NCBI GenBank assembly: GCA_964519895.1
Contig: CAZFLE010000005.1
Location: 16,417 to 80,416 of the forward strand
Reading direction: 5' to 3'
DNA length: 64,000 nucleotides
Origin: an uncultured Enterobacterales bacterium
Lineage (GTDB): Bacteria; Myxococcota_A; UBA796; CAJQPC01
Position 1 is the first letter of the stretch. Each line of letters opens with the position of its first letter. Below, one piece after another: positions 44,357 to 53,697 of the stretch. The notes below the pieces were generated by a model. It saw only the letters and a list, made by a program, of their open reading frames with translations, did no database searches and had not been told where the DNA came from. A program made the position numbers and the translations under genes.

Positions 44357-46219
44357 ATGCTGCTCACCGCCCTGCTCCTGACCGCGTGCACCGACAAGCC
44401 CGACGACACCGGTCACACCGGGCTGCCCGCCATCTGTCACAGCGGCTCCCGCTGGTCCAACGGCCAGACCGCGTTCCGGGACGCCTCCAGCGACTGGGGC
44501 CTGCCAGACCTGGATGCAATCGGGGTCGTGATCAACGCCGTGGACTTCGACGGCGACGGCTGGACCGACCTGGCGATCCGCCACCACAGGGGCGCCGACG
44601 ACTTCTCCGACGGCGGCACCCGCAACACCTGGCTGCTGCGGAACAACGGCGGCAGCTTCCTGGACGTGACCCAGGACAGCGGCGTGCTCGCCCGGCGGGA
44701 CGACGACAGCGACAAGGGCCGCCCGGGCCAGGTCTGGGCTTTTGGCGACGTGGACAACGACGGGGACCTGGACCTGTACACCGGCTGCCCGGGCGCGGTC
44801 GTGAGCTGCGACGGCCAGTCCAACGAGCTGATGCTCAACGACGGCGACGGCACCTTCAGCCTGGGCCCCGAGAGCCGGGACCTGGCCTATGAGAGCAGCC
44901 CCGGCGGCGCGGCCTTTGTCGACGTGGACCGCGACGGCGCCCTGGACCTGTGGGTCGCCGAGTACAACGCCGCCCAGGACCGCCTGTACCAGGGCGACGG
45001 CGGCGGCGGCTACACCGACGTCACCCACGACGCCGGGCTGACCACCGACGCCTGGTCGTCGGTGACCACCCTGAACAACGCCGAGGCCCACACCAATGCC
45101 TGGTCCGCCCTGGCCTGCGACCTCAACAACGACGGGGATCCGGAGCTGTTGGCCAGCTCCTATGGCCGGGCGCCGAACCACCTGTGGCAGGCCACCGACG
45201 GGCTGGCCTTCGACAACCGCAGCATCGCCAGCGGCTACGCCTTCGACGACCGGGTGGACTGGACCGACAACGAGTCCGCCCGCTGCTGGTGCAAGCTCCA
45301 CCCCACGGACGACGACTGCGAAGGGGTGCCCGAGCCCGAGCTCATCGTCTGCAACACCGACAGCGACGCATTCCGCTGGGACCACAACTACGACCGCGAG
45401 GCCTTCCGGCTGGGCGGCAACAGCGGCAAGAGCGCCTGCGCCGACGTCGACAACGACGGCTGGATGGACCTGGTCACCACCGAGATCGTGCACTGGGACG
45501 TGGGCCAGAGCTCCGATCCGAGCGAGCTGCTGGTCAACACCGGCGCCACCGACGTGGCCTTCACCCGCCCGGGCCGGGAGGCGACGGGCCTGACCCGCGA
45601 CCACGAGCTGGTCGACTGGAACGAAGGCGACATCACCAACTCGGTGTTCGACTTCGACCTGGACGGCTGGCCGGACATCTACCTGGGCGCGTCGGAGTAC
45701 GCGGGCAACCGGGGCTTGCTGTACCACCAGAACTCGGCGGGCCTGTTCGAAGCCGTGCCCATCGACCAGGGCATCGACCACTTCCGCAGCCACGGCAGCG
45801 TGGTCGCGGACTTCGACCGGGACGGCGACCTGGACCTGGTGGTGGGCCACTCCAGCTCCCGGTGCGACGACGACTGCTACGACACGTTCTCGGTGCGGCT
45901 GTTCGAGAACCAGCTGGCCGACGACGCGAACTGGATCCAGCTGCGCCTGGCGGGCGGGGACGGCACCAACGCCGCGGCCATCGGCGCCCGGGTCAGCGTC
46001 ACCGCAAACGGCGTGACCCAGACCCAGGACGTGGACGGCGGCCACGGTCACTACGGCAACCAGGACGACCTGGTGCTCACCTTTGGCCTGGGCGGGGCTT
46101 GCGAGGCCGACGTGACCGTGCGCTGGCCGGACAGCGGGCTCTCGGAGCAGAGCTTCACCGTCGGGGGCGGCTACCGCTACCGGGTCGATCAGGGCCAGCC
46201 GCCCCAGGTCGTTCCCTGA
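44357..46219 (+). CDS. FG-GAP/VCBS repeat plus ASPIC/UnbV (CRTAC1-like) lipoprotein (620 aa)
   Basis: 'MLLTALLLTAC'. Repeated 'D[FV]D[GN]DG..DL' FG-GAP calcium loops. C-terminal 'NWIQLRLAGG..NAAAIGARVSV..QDVDGGHGHYGNQDDLVLTFGLG....VTVRWPDG'. Confidence 0.85.
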   Translation: MLLTALLLTACTDKPDDTGHTGLPAICHSGSRWSNGQTAFRDASSDWGLPDLDAIGVVINAVDFDGDGWTDLAIRHHRGADDFSDGGTRNTWLLRNNGGSFLDVTQDSGVLARRDDDSDKGRPGQVWAFGDVDNDGDLDLYTGCPGAVVSCDGQSNELMLNDGDGTFSLGPESRDLAYESSPGGAAFVDVDRDGALDLWVAEYNAAQDRLYQGDGGGGYTDVTHDAGLTTDAWSSVTTLNNAEAHTNAWSALACDLNNDGDPELLASSYGRAPNHLWQATDGLAFDNRSIASGYAFDDRVDWTDNESARCWCKLHPTDDDCEGVPEPELIVCNTDSDAFRWDHNYDREAFRLGGNSGKSACADVDNDGWMDLVTTEIVHWDVGQSSDPSELLVNTGATDVAFTRPGREATGLTRDHELVDWNEGDITNSVFDFDLDGWPDIYLGASEYAGNRGLLYHQNSAGLFEAVPIDQGIDHFRSHGSVVADFDRDGDLDLVVGHSSSRCDDDCYDTFSVRLFENQLADDANWIQLRLAGGDGTNAAAIGARVSVTANGVTQTQDVDGGHGHYGNQDDLVLTFGLGGACEADVTVRWPDSGLSEQSFTVGGGYRYRVDQGQPPQVVP

Positions 46220-47031
46220 GCCTGGGGCTGCTGGCCCTGGCTTGCACGGCGGGAGACCCCGTCGACAGCGGGCCCACGGACACGGACACGGACTGGACCC
46301 CGAGCCCCGGCGAGCCGAGCTGGGACATCGAGGAGGCCCTGGCGCGAGCGACCGAGGCGCTGGCGTCCGGGGTGCCCGAGCCCCACGCCCTGCGCGACGC
46401 CTGGCTCGCCACGATGGCCGAAGGGGACGAGGTCTGCCCGGGACACCCGACCAACCTGGGCCCGCCGTCGGTGGACGAGCAGGGCTGCACCGCGTCGACC
46501 GGCTGGCACTACGCCGGCATCGCCACGTACTCCGAGGGGGGCTGGTCCGACGGCGACGAGGGCCAGACCTGGTTCGGGCTCTTCCAGGGGGACTTCGCGA
46601 TCACCGCACCCGACGGCTCCGCATTCGTGGGTGGCGGCACCTTTGCTTACGACGGCCTGCGGCAGGACGGCGAGAGCGGCTTCCAGGGATCGGTCGAAGG
46701 CACCTTTGCCTGGCCCGGCGGCGCCGGTTGGCTGGCGTCCGAGGCGAGCGTCGCCCTGGCACTGTCCGGCGACGACACCACCCTGGTGCTCGACGGCGGG
46801 ATCGACGTGGGCACGACCCTGGCCTTCGACGAGCTGACCTGGGGCAGCTGCCCGGAGCAGCCCACCGGCACCCTCTCGATCCGGGATCCGTCGGGCTGGT
46901 GGTACGCCCTGGCGCTCGAGGCGTGCGGCGGCTGCGGCAGCCTGAGCTTTGGCGGGGTCGACGCCGGAGAGGGCTGCGTGGATCTGGCCGCCCCCGGTGC
47001 CGACACCCTCACCCGGCTGGTGGTCCCGTGA
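46216..47031 (+). CDS. Small Cys-rich lipoprotein (about 271 aa); the start codon is uncertain
   Basis: Clear GC3-rich coding frame with the lipobox 'SLGLLALAC' at the very beginning. No ATG, GTG or TTG lies in frame upstream of the lipobox. CTG 46216 overlaps the upstream TGA (CTGA). The next canonical in-frame start (GTG, about 46372) would delete the signal peptide. Confidence 0.55.
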   Translation: MSLGLLALACTAGDPVDSGPTDTDTDWTPSPGEPSWDIEEALARATEALASGVPEPHALRDAWLATMAEGDEVCPGHPTNLGPPSVDEQGCTASTGWHYAGIATYSEGGWSDGDEGQTWFGLFQGDFAITAPDGSAFVGGGTFAYDGLRQDGESGFQGSVEGTFAWPGGAGWLASEASVALALSGDDTTLVLDGGIDVGTTLAFDELTWGSCPEQPTGTLSIRDPSGWWYALALEACGGCGSLSFGGVDAGEGCVDLAAPGADTLTRLVVP

Positions 47032-48599
47032 TCGCGCTCTGGTGGCTCGCCTGCACCGGTCCTGTCCAGGACTCCGCGGCGCCCCTGGAGCCCGTCCAGG
47101 TCCCCCTCGAGCCAGCGCGACTGGCCCGCCGGCTCTCCCTGGACCTCCGGGGGGTGCTGCCGAGCGAGACCGAGCTGGACCGGGCCGAAGCCGGTGAGCT
47201 GGACGCGCTGCGCAACGCGTGGCTGGCGGATCCTCGCCTCGAGGACCGCCTGGTGGCCGTGCTTGGGGAGAGCTGGCACACCCTGGTCGACGCCTTCGAG
47301 GCCGAGGCCTTCGAGTTCGGTCTCGACCCCGACCAGGAGCACGCCTTCGAGCGGGCGGTGGGCGAGGAGCCCCTGCGGCTGATGGCGCGGGCGATCACCG
47401 AAGGCGCAGCGCCGGCGACCCTGGTGACGGCGGAGTGGACCGTCGTCGATCCGCTGCTGCTGCCCCTGTGGCCACTGGAGGCACTGGAGCAGGGGGATGG
47501 CCCGGTGCGGGCCCGCTACACCGACGGTCGCCCGCCCGTGGGGGTGCTGGCGACCAATGGGCTGTGGTGGCGCCACACCACGACCACCGAGAACGCCAAC
47601 CGGGGCCGGGCCGCCGCCATCGCCCGGCTGCTGACCTGTGAGGAGCTCACGGGCCCAGTCAGCTTTCGGGTCGGCTCGTCCCTGCTGGAGGAGGACGGAA
47701 CCTCCACGGCGATCCGCGAGGATCCCGCCTGTCAGAGCTGTCACGACACCCTGGAGCCCCTGGCCGCCACGCTCTTCGGGTTCTGGTGGTTCGAGGCCAA
47801 CAGCGTCGCCGAGCTGAGTCGCTACCACCCGGAGCGGGAGCTCCTGGGGCCCCAGGAGCTGGGGGTCACGCCGGGCTGGATGGGCACCGAGCTGGCGGGC
47901 CTGGTGGAGCTGGGCCAGGTCGTCGCCCGGGACCCGTCGTTCGAGCCCTGCCTGGTCCAGACCCTGGCCCAGGGGTTCTGGCGCCGGCCCGTCGACGCCG
48001 GAGACGACGGGACCCTGGCGGCGCTGGGCACCGAGCTGGACCAGCACCAGGACCTGCTGGCGCTGCTGGCGGGCGTGATCCAGGCCCCGGCCTACACCGC
48101 CGGTGGCCTGACGACGGCCGCCACCGACGCCGACCGGGATCGGGCCCGCACCGACCGGCTGCTGACGCCCGAGCAGCTGGCCACTGCGGTCGAGGAGCTG
48201 ACCGGCTTCCGCTGGTCCATCGTGGGCTTCGACATGTTGCGCACCGACGACCCCGGCGTCCGGGTGCTGGCCGGGGGCGTCGACGGCCGCAGCGTGACCC
48301 GGCCCCAGGAGGACCCGGGCTTGACCTGGGCGCTGGTGGTCCAACGCCTGGCCCAGGCGGGGGCGTGGCAGGCGGTGGCCGACGGCCGGCTGGACGCGGG
48401 CCTGGCACCAGACGACCCCGGCTTCACCGAGCAGCTCCAGCACTGGCACCGTCGGACCCTGGGCACGGCGGCCGACGACGAGACCGTCGCCGGCCTGACC
48501 GCAATGTGGCAGACCGTCGACGACGCCGACGGGCCCGACGCGGCGTGGCGGGCCGTGCTCGAGGCCCTGCTGCGCGACCCCGCTTACGTGAGCCTGTGA
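47028..48599 (+). CDS. DUF1549/DUF1588-like lipoprotein with a single CxxCH motif (523 aa), partner of DUF1501
   Basis: GTG 47028 overlaps the upstream TGA (GTGA). '(M)IALWWLAC', 'ARRLSLDLRGVLPSETELD', 'ANRGRAAAIARLLTCEEL' and 'DPACQSCHDTLEPLAATLFGFW'. Confidence 0.55.
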   Translation: MIALWWLACTGPVQDSAAPLEPVQVPLEPARLARRLSLDLRGVLPSETELDRAEAGELDALRNAWLADPRLEDRLVAVLGESWHTLVDAFEAEAFEFGLDPDQEHAFERAVGEEPLRLMARAITEGAAPATLVTAEWTVVDPLLLPLWPLEALEQGDGPVRARYTDGRPPVGVLATNGLWWRHTTTTENANRGRAAAIARLLTCEELTGPVSFRVGSSLLEEDGTSTAIREDPACQSCHDTLEPLAATLFGFWWFEANSVAELSRYHPERELLGPQELGVTPGWMGTELAGLVELGQVVARDPSFEPCLVQTLAQGFWRRPVDAGDDGTLAALGTELDQHQDLLALLAGVIQAPAYTAGGLTTAATDADRDRARTDRLLTPEQLATAVEELTGFRWSIVGFDMLRTDDPGVRVLAGGVDGRSVTRPQEDPGLTWALVVQRLAQAGAWQAVADGRLDAGLAPDDPGFTEQLQHWHRRTLGTAADDETVAGLTAMWQTVDDADGPDAAWRAVLEALLRDPAYVSL

Positions 48600-48600
48600 C

Positions 48601-49833
48601 GTGAGCTGGACCCGCCGCGACTGGCTCCGCACGACGGCCCTGGCCGCCGGGGGGCTGACCCTGCCCACCGCCCTTCGGGCCCAGGACCCCTCGGACCGCC
48701 TGGTCCTGGTGGTGCTGTGCACTGGCGGCTGGGACCCCAGCGTGGCTCTGGATCCCCTCTTCGAGCACCCCCAGGTGGACACGGACCCGGGGAGCGCGGC
48801 TGCCCAGGCCGGAGACCTGGCGTTCGTGGATCACCCGGACCGGCCGTCGGTCCGCGGGTTCTTCGAGGCCGCGTGGGACCAGAGCGTGCTGATCCACGGG
48901 CTCGAAGTACCGTCGATCACCCACGACAAGTGCCGCCAGCTCCTGCTCACCGGCGTGTCCGGCGACGGGGGCCAGGACTGGGCCACCCGGCTGGCGGTGG
49001 CCGGCCACAGCGAGCTCCTGCTGCCCCACCTGGTCGTCTCGGGCCCGGCGTTCACCGGCGACCAGGGGGCCGAGGTCGTGCGGGTCGGCAGCGCGGGCCA
49101 GCTCCCCGAGCTGCTGGACGGCACGGCCCTGGCACGCCTCGCGTCGCCGATCCCCCTGCCCTCGGACACCGCCTCGGCCGCCGTCGACGCCTGGCTGGCC
49201 GAGCGGGCCAACGCGGCCGTCGCCGGCGCAGCGCCCGGTCGCGCCGCCCGCTTCGCCGACGGCTACCAGACCGCGCTGGCCGACGTGGCGCGGGCCCAGG
49301 CCTGGCGCGGCGCACTCCGGGTGACGACCGGCGACGACCTGGGCCAGCAGCTCGCCCTTGCCCTGGACTGCTTCGAGCTGGGGCTGAGCCGGTGCGCGAC
49401 CGTGGAGTTCGAAGGCCTGTGGGGCCTGAGCTGGGACACCCACGCCGTGAACAGCGTGCAGGGGCTGAATTTCGAGGAGCTCTTCCGCAACCTGTCGGGC
49501 CTGCTCGTCGAGCTGGACGCCCGGGGCTTGAGCGAGCGGGTGAGCGTCGCGGTGATCTCCGAGATGGGCCGCCACCCCCACCTGAACGAGCAAGGGGGCA
49601 AGCACCACTGGCCCGTCACGTCGGCGCTGCTGTTCGGCGCCGGGATGGCCGGTGGACAGGTCGTCGGGGCCCTGGACGACCAGGCTTTGGGCCAGCCCGT
49701 GGACCTGGCGACCGGGGAGCTCGACCCCGACGGCACCCGCCTGGGGCCCGTCCAGCTCGGGGCGACCCTGCTGGCTCTGGGCGACGTGGATCCGGGCGAG
49801 GTCGGCGAGCCGCTCACCGCCGTGCTGGCTTGA
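48601..49833 (+). CDS. DUF1501 domain protein (sulfatase-fold, Tat signal; 410 aa)
   Basis: GTG 48601 '(M)SWTRRDWLRTTALAAGGLTLPTALRA', 'LVLVVLCTGGWDPS' and C-terminal 'GGKHHWPVTSALLFGAGMAGGQVVGALD'. Confidence 0.8.
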   Translation: MSWTRRDWLRTTALAAGGLTLPTALRAQDPSDRLVLVVLCTGGWDPSVALDPLFEHPQVDTDPGSAAAQAGDLAFVDHPDRPSVRGFFEAAWDQSVLIHGLEVPSITHDKCRQLLLTGVSGDGGQDWATRLAVAGHSELLLPHLVVSGPAFTGDQGAEVVRVGSAGQLPELLDGTALARLASPIPLPSDTASAAVDAWLAERANAAVAGAAPGRAARFADGYQTALADVARAQAWRGALRVTTGDDLGQQLALALDCFELGLSRCATVEFEGLWGLSWDTHAVNSVQGLNFEELFRNLSGLLVELDARGLSERVSVAVISEMGRHPHLNEQGGKHHWPVTSALLFGAGMAGGQVVGALDDQALGQPVDLATGELDPDGTRLGPVQLGATLLALGDVDPGEVGEPLTAVLA

Positions 49834-50946
49834 TCACTCCGCGCTGTCGACCACTTCCCAGGTCAGCTCGTCGGGGAGCTCGGGCAGCTGGTCCAGGGCG
49901 CCTTCGAGCCCCTGCAGGTGGCCCAGGAAGGCGAGCACCGCCGTGCCCACCGCGTCGGTGAAGACGTCCAGATCCACGTTGTCACTGCCGCAGCCGTCGC
50001 CGTTGCCGAAGTCGCAGTAGATCGGCGTGTAGCTGAAGTGGCCGGCGGTCTCGAAGCTGCCCAGGGCCCGCGGCGTCGCCGTGATCGCGCCATGGAGGTC
50101 CAGGTACTGGGTGCCGACGGTCTCATCGAGCTCGCCGCCCAGGGTCAGCACCGGGACCTGGAGCGCCTGGGTGCCGTCGGTCAGCGTGTTGTAGGCATTC
50201 CACGGGGCCAGGGTCACCACACCGTGCACGGCGGGATCGGCCAGGTCCACCGGTTCGTCGGCGTTGATCAGCGCTCCGCCTGTGACGTACGCCGTGTAGC
50301 CGCCGAAGGAGTAGCCACTCACCACGTAGCCCGCGTCCGGGTCCACGCAGCCGTGCAGGGGGCTGTCGGCGTCGGCGCTCTCGCCCACCAGCCAGGTCCA
50401 GGTGTCGGCCACGTCGGTCGGGCGTTGGGTCGTGAGGTCCCGGAAGGCACCGCTCTCGTCGTAGAAGGTGTTGCCCGGGTGATCCGACGCCACCACCAGC
50501 CAGCCGTGGGACGCCAGGCGCTCCTGGAGCCAGAACATCTCCCAGCTGATGGAGCCATAGCCGTGGCTGTGCACCATCACCGGCCGGGGCTCGTCGCAGG
50601 CCGGTGTCGCGTCGACCCAGCTCTCGCCGGTCTTGTTCCACGAGTCCCAGCCGTAGAGGGTGGCCTCGCTGCCCGGGGCCTGGGCCGGCCACCAGGCCAC
50701 GCCGTACAGCGCCTGCCCGTCGCGGTTGGCGGTCTCGAAGACCGACGCGCCGGCGGCCCAAGCACCCGGGGCCGTGTAGTCCGGGGCTGTCTCCTTGGTG
50801 TCAGTCGTGCCCGCGGTGCCGGTGTCGGTCGGCGGGATCGTGGCCGGTGTGCCGGTGTCGGTGCCGACACTCACCGTGCCGCCGGTGCACGCCACGAGCA
50901 GGGCCGCAAAGCCACACGCTGGAAGTGCGGGGGAGTCCATGCGCAT
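49834..50946 (-). CDS. Alpha/beta-hydrolase lipoprotein (370 aa)
   Basis: ATG 50946 'MRMDSPALPACGFAALLVAC', 'PVMVHSHGYG' and the nucleophile elbow 'VSGYSFGGY'. Its stop abuts the DUF1501 stop (TGATCA). Confidence 0.7.
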   Translation of the reverse strand: MRMDSPALPACGFAALLVACTGGTVSVGTDTGTPATIPPTDTGTAGTTDTKETAPDYTAPGAWAAGASVFETANRDGQALYGVAWWPAQAPGSEATLYGWDSWNKTGESWVDATPACDEPRPVMVHSHGYGSISWEMFWLQERLASHGWLVVASDHPGNTFYDESGAFRDLTTQRPTDVADTWTWLVGESADADSPLHGCVDPDAGYVVSGYSFGGYTAYVTGGALINADEPVDLADPAVHGVVTLAPWNAYNTLTDGTQALQVPVLTLGGELDETVGTQYLDLHGAITATPRALGSFETAGHFSYTPIYCDFGNGDGCGSDNVDLDVFTDAVGTAVLAFLGHLQGLEGALDQLPELPDELTWEVVDSAE

Positions 50947-51002
50947 CGGGTCCTCGCGTCGGGCGAGCAAGTGTGCCCTGTTGCGCCCCGACTTGCCAAC
51001 GC

Positions 51003-52250
51003 TCAGCTGGCTTCCAGCGCCTCCCCGAAGAGCAACTCGTCTTGGTCCTCGTCTCCGGCCGACGTCTGACCGGCGAGCAGGGCCCGGGCCTCGGCCAGGA
51101 ACGCCGCGTGCTCGCGTGGGGGCCCAGGGAGACCGGCCGCACGCTCCAGGTGCTCTACCGCCAGGGCCGCGCGCGCCCGCGGCGAGCGGGCCGGACTGAG
51201 GAAGACCGCCCGGGCAAACCAGGTGTGGTGAGCAGCGGAGCGGGGGTTGTCCTCCAGGGCCTCGGTCAGGATGGCGAGGGCCGCCGTGGCGCCGCCCCGG
51301 GCCAACAGGCTGCGGCCCTTGTCCAGCCGAGGGTCGGACTCGCTCGCGCCTTCGAGCCAGCGCTTCCGGGCTCTGCCCTGCTCGCCGAGCTGGCGTGCCG
51401 CACGGGTGATCGCTGCCCGGAGCTCCCCGAGCAGGGCCACGACCTCGTCGCTGTCGCCGGACCGGGCCGTGTAGCGCTCGCGCAGGCGGTCGGCCGCGGC
51501 CTGGACCTGGGCGTCGCTCGCGGTCTTGCGAAGTCCAAAGGACCGCCACGGATCCACCTTGCCGAAGATGCGCAGCTGACGCTGGAGGTCCGCCACGTCG
51601 TGCCGCTTGCGCCGCCCTTGTCGGGCGCCGCGCCCGGAGCCGTTGCGACGACGGCGGGAGGCCGAGCGGCTCACAGTCAGGGACGCCGCGTCCTCGCGGG
51701 CGGCCTGCTCACGGGCCTTGGCGGCCTCGGCACCGAGCACTGGACGAAGTCTGATCATGTCCAGGGCGAGCAGCCCCCGGAGCTCGGCGGCGATCCGCCC
51801 GAGCTGGAGCCCGGCGTCTCGCAAGAGGTGATCGAGGCGCTTGCCGCGGCCGCGTCGGGCCAGGAGCTCGCGCAGGGACGGGTTCAGTGCCAGCCCGTGC
51901 ACCCGGTCCCAGGTCGGGCCTTCCACGATGCCCAGGTCGAGTCGCTCCAGCCCAGGGAGCACCGGGATCTGGAGGACGGCCTCCCAGATCCGGCGCCCAG
52001 CGCCCGGCACCCGGCGGGTTCCTGTGATGGTGGGCACCCGGTTGACCACCACGTACTCGCCGATCAGGGCCCCGTTCAGCATGCGCATGCTCAGCGCATC
52101 GATCGCTTCCCCCTTGGCCAGCGCCCCCTTGCCGTACTGCCGCGAAGACAGCTCGGCGTGACCCCGCTGGGCCCAGATGCGACCCAGGTTGAGCACCACG
52201 TGCGGCGGTGCGCGACGCGCGCTCGGTGCAACTCCGACAGCCTGACCCAT
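51003..52250 (-). CDS. Hypothetical protein (415 aa) with a possible J-domain-like segment and a C-terminal helical region
   Basis: GC3-rich ORF. 'VDPWRSFGLRKTASDAQVQAAADRLRERY' loosely resembles the J-domain N-terminal helices. Function uncertain, and the start could be an internal Met. Confidence 0.45.
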   Translation of the reverse strand: MGQAVGVAPSARRAPPHVVLNLGRIWAQRGHAELSSRQYGKGALAKGEAIDALSMRMLNGALIGEYVVVNRVPTITGTRRVPGAGRRIWEAVLQIPVLPGLERLDLGIVEGPTWDRVHGLALNPSLRELLARRGRGKRLDHLLRDAGLQLGRIAAELRGLLALDMIRLRPVLGAEAAKAREQAAREDAASLTVSRSASRRRRNGSGRGARQGRRKRHDVADLQRQLRIFGKVDPWRSFGLRKTASDAQVQAAADRLRERYTARSGDSDEVVALLGELRAAITRAARQLGEQGRARKRWLEGASESDPRLDKGRSLLARGGATAALAILTEALEDNPRSAAHHTWFARAVFLSPARSPRARAALAVEHLERAAGLPGPPREHAAFLAEARALLAGQTSAGDEDQDELLFGEALEAS

Positions 52251-52310
52251 GGTGCCTCTCCCCGTCGACGTGCCCTCAGCAAACCACGCCCACAGGACCA
52301 GCTCAAGACC

Positions 52311-52345
52311 AGATCCTAAAAATCATAAAACTTATGACTCTCCTG
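52311..52345. promoter_or_regulatory. AT-rich island with tandem 9-mers ATCCTAAAA / ATCATAAAA in the divergent intergenic region
   Basis: 'AGATCCTAAAAATCATAAAACTTATGACTCTCCTG' is the most AT-rich stretch in the window. It lies between the minus-strand start at 52250 and the MFS start at 52441 and contains the TAAAAT and CATAAA -10-like hexamers. Confidence 0.35.
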
Positions 52346-52440
52346 GGCCGCCTCGGGGCACGCCAGGGCCCGAGGGACCCCCGCCTGCTACCCTGCCCCG
52401 CGCCCAGGACGGCCCCATCTCCGCCACGAACGATCCCCAG

Positions 52441-53682
52441 GTGCTGCGCCAGTGGCGCCGCAACATCCTGGTCAGCACGTGGCTGGCCTACGCAGGCCTC
52501 TACTTCTGTCGCAAGGCCTTCTACGCGGCCAAGGGCACCCTGGGTCGAGACCTGGACCTGACCGCCGCGGACCTGGGCGAGATCGGCGTCGCCTACCTGA
52601 TCGCCTACACCCTGGGGCAGTTCATCTCGGCCGGTAACGGGATGCGCTTCGGCGCCCGCAAGCTCCTGCTCGTCGGCATGGGGCTGTCCATCGCTTGCAA
52701 TGTCGTGTTCGCGTTCGCCAACAACTACTGGACATTGCTGGCGTTCATGACCCTGAACGGACTGGCCCAGTCCACGGGCTGGCCGGCCACGGTCGGCACC
52801 CTGGGCCGCTGGACCACCCGCGGCGAGCGGGGCACGGTGATGGGCTTCTGGGGCACCTGCTACCAGATCGGCGGGGTCGCGGCGACGGCGTGGGCAGCGT
52901 TCTGGCTGGCCCAGATGGGCCTGCGCGGCGCGTTCCTGATGGCGTCCTGTGTGACCCTGGTGTGCTGGGGCGTGGTCTACGCCTGGCAGCGGAACCGGCC
53001 AGAAGACGTGGGGCTCGAACCACTGGAGCCAGAGCTCGCGGAACACGACGAGACCGTCGAGGGAGCGCCCTCGGCCTGGACCCGCCAGCTCATCGTGAAC
53101 CTGGGCCTGCTGGGCGTGTTCTACGCCGGGGTCAAGTTCGTGCGCTACGCCCTGTGGTCGTGGACCCCCTACCTGCTGGAGAGCAACTTCGGGCTCCAGG
53201 CCGACCAGGCCGGCTACCTGTCGACGGTCTTCGACCTGGCGGGGTTCGTGGGCGTGATCTTCGCCGGCGTGGTCTCGGACCGCGTCTTCGGCGGCAAGCG
53301 CACACCGCCGGCGTTCCTGATGCTCGTGGGCATGATGGCGGCGACCGCGCTGCTGCACTTCGTCGGGGGCACCAGCCTGGTGTTCTTCGCGGTCTGTCTT
53401 GGGCTGATCGGCTTCATGCTGTTCGGGCCCGACTCGCTGCTCACGGGCGCCGGAGCCATCGAGGTCGGCAACCCGAGACTCGCGGTCGCCTGCGCCGGCA
53501 TCATCAACGGCATGGGCTCCATGGGCTCGGTGGTCCAGGAGCTGGTCATCGGGCGCGTGCTGGACGCCTCTCCCGACGCGACGGGCGCGGTCTTCCAGCT
53601 GCTCTGGGGCGCGTCGTTGCTGTCGGTGGCCGCTCTGGCGGTGATGCTGGTGCGGGTCCGCCAGGGCAAGGCGGATCTCTGA
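52441..53682 (+). CDS. MFS transporter, organophosphate:Pi antiporter (GlpT/UhpC-like) family (413 aa)
   Basis: GTG 52441 '(M)LRQWRRNILVSTWLAYAGLYFCRKAF', 'IGVAYLIAYTLGQFISAG', 12 predicted helices. The track start 52249 runs through the AT-rich promoter island and Pro-rich sequence. Confidence 0.75.
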   Translation: MLRQWRRNILVSTWLAYAGLYFCRKAFYAAKGTLGRDLDLTAADLGEIGVAYLIAYTLGQFISAGNGMRFGARKLLLVGMGLSIACNVVFAFANNYWTLLAFMTLNGLAQSTGWPATVGTLGRWTTRGERGTVMGFWGTCYQIGGVAATAWAAFWLAQMGLRGAFLMASCVTLVCWGVVYAWQRNRPEDVGLEPLEPELAEHDETVEGAPSAWTRQLIVNLGLLGVFYAGVKFVRYALWSWTPYLLESNFGLQADQAGYLSTVFDLAGFVGVIFAGVVSDRVFGGKRTPPAFLMLVGMMAATALLHFVGGTSLVFFAVCLGLIGFMLFGPDSLLTGAGAIEVGNPRLAVACAGIINGMGSMGSVVQELVIGRVLDASPDATGAVFQLLWGASLLSVAALAVMLVRVRQGKADL

Positions 53683-53697
53683 GTTAGGTCCCGGCCC

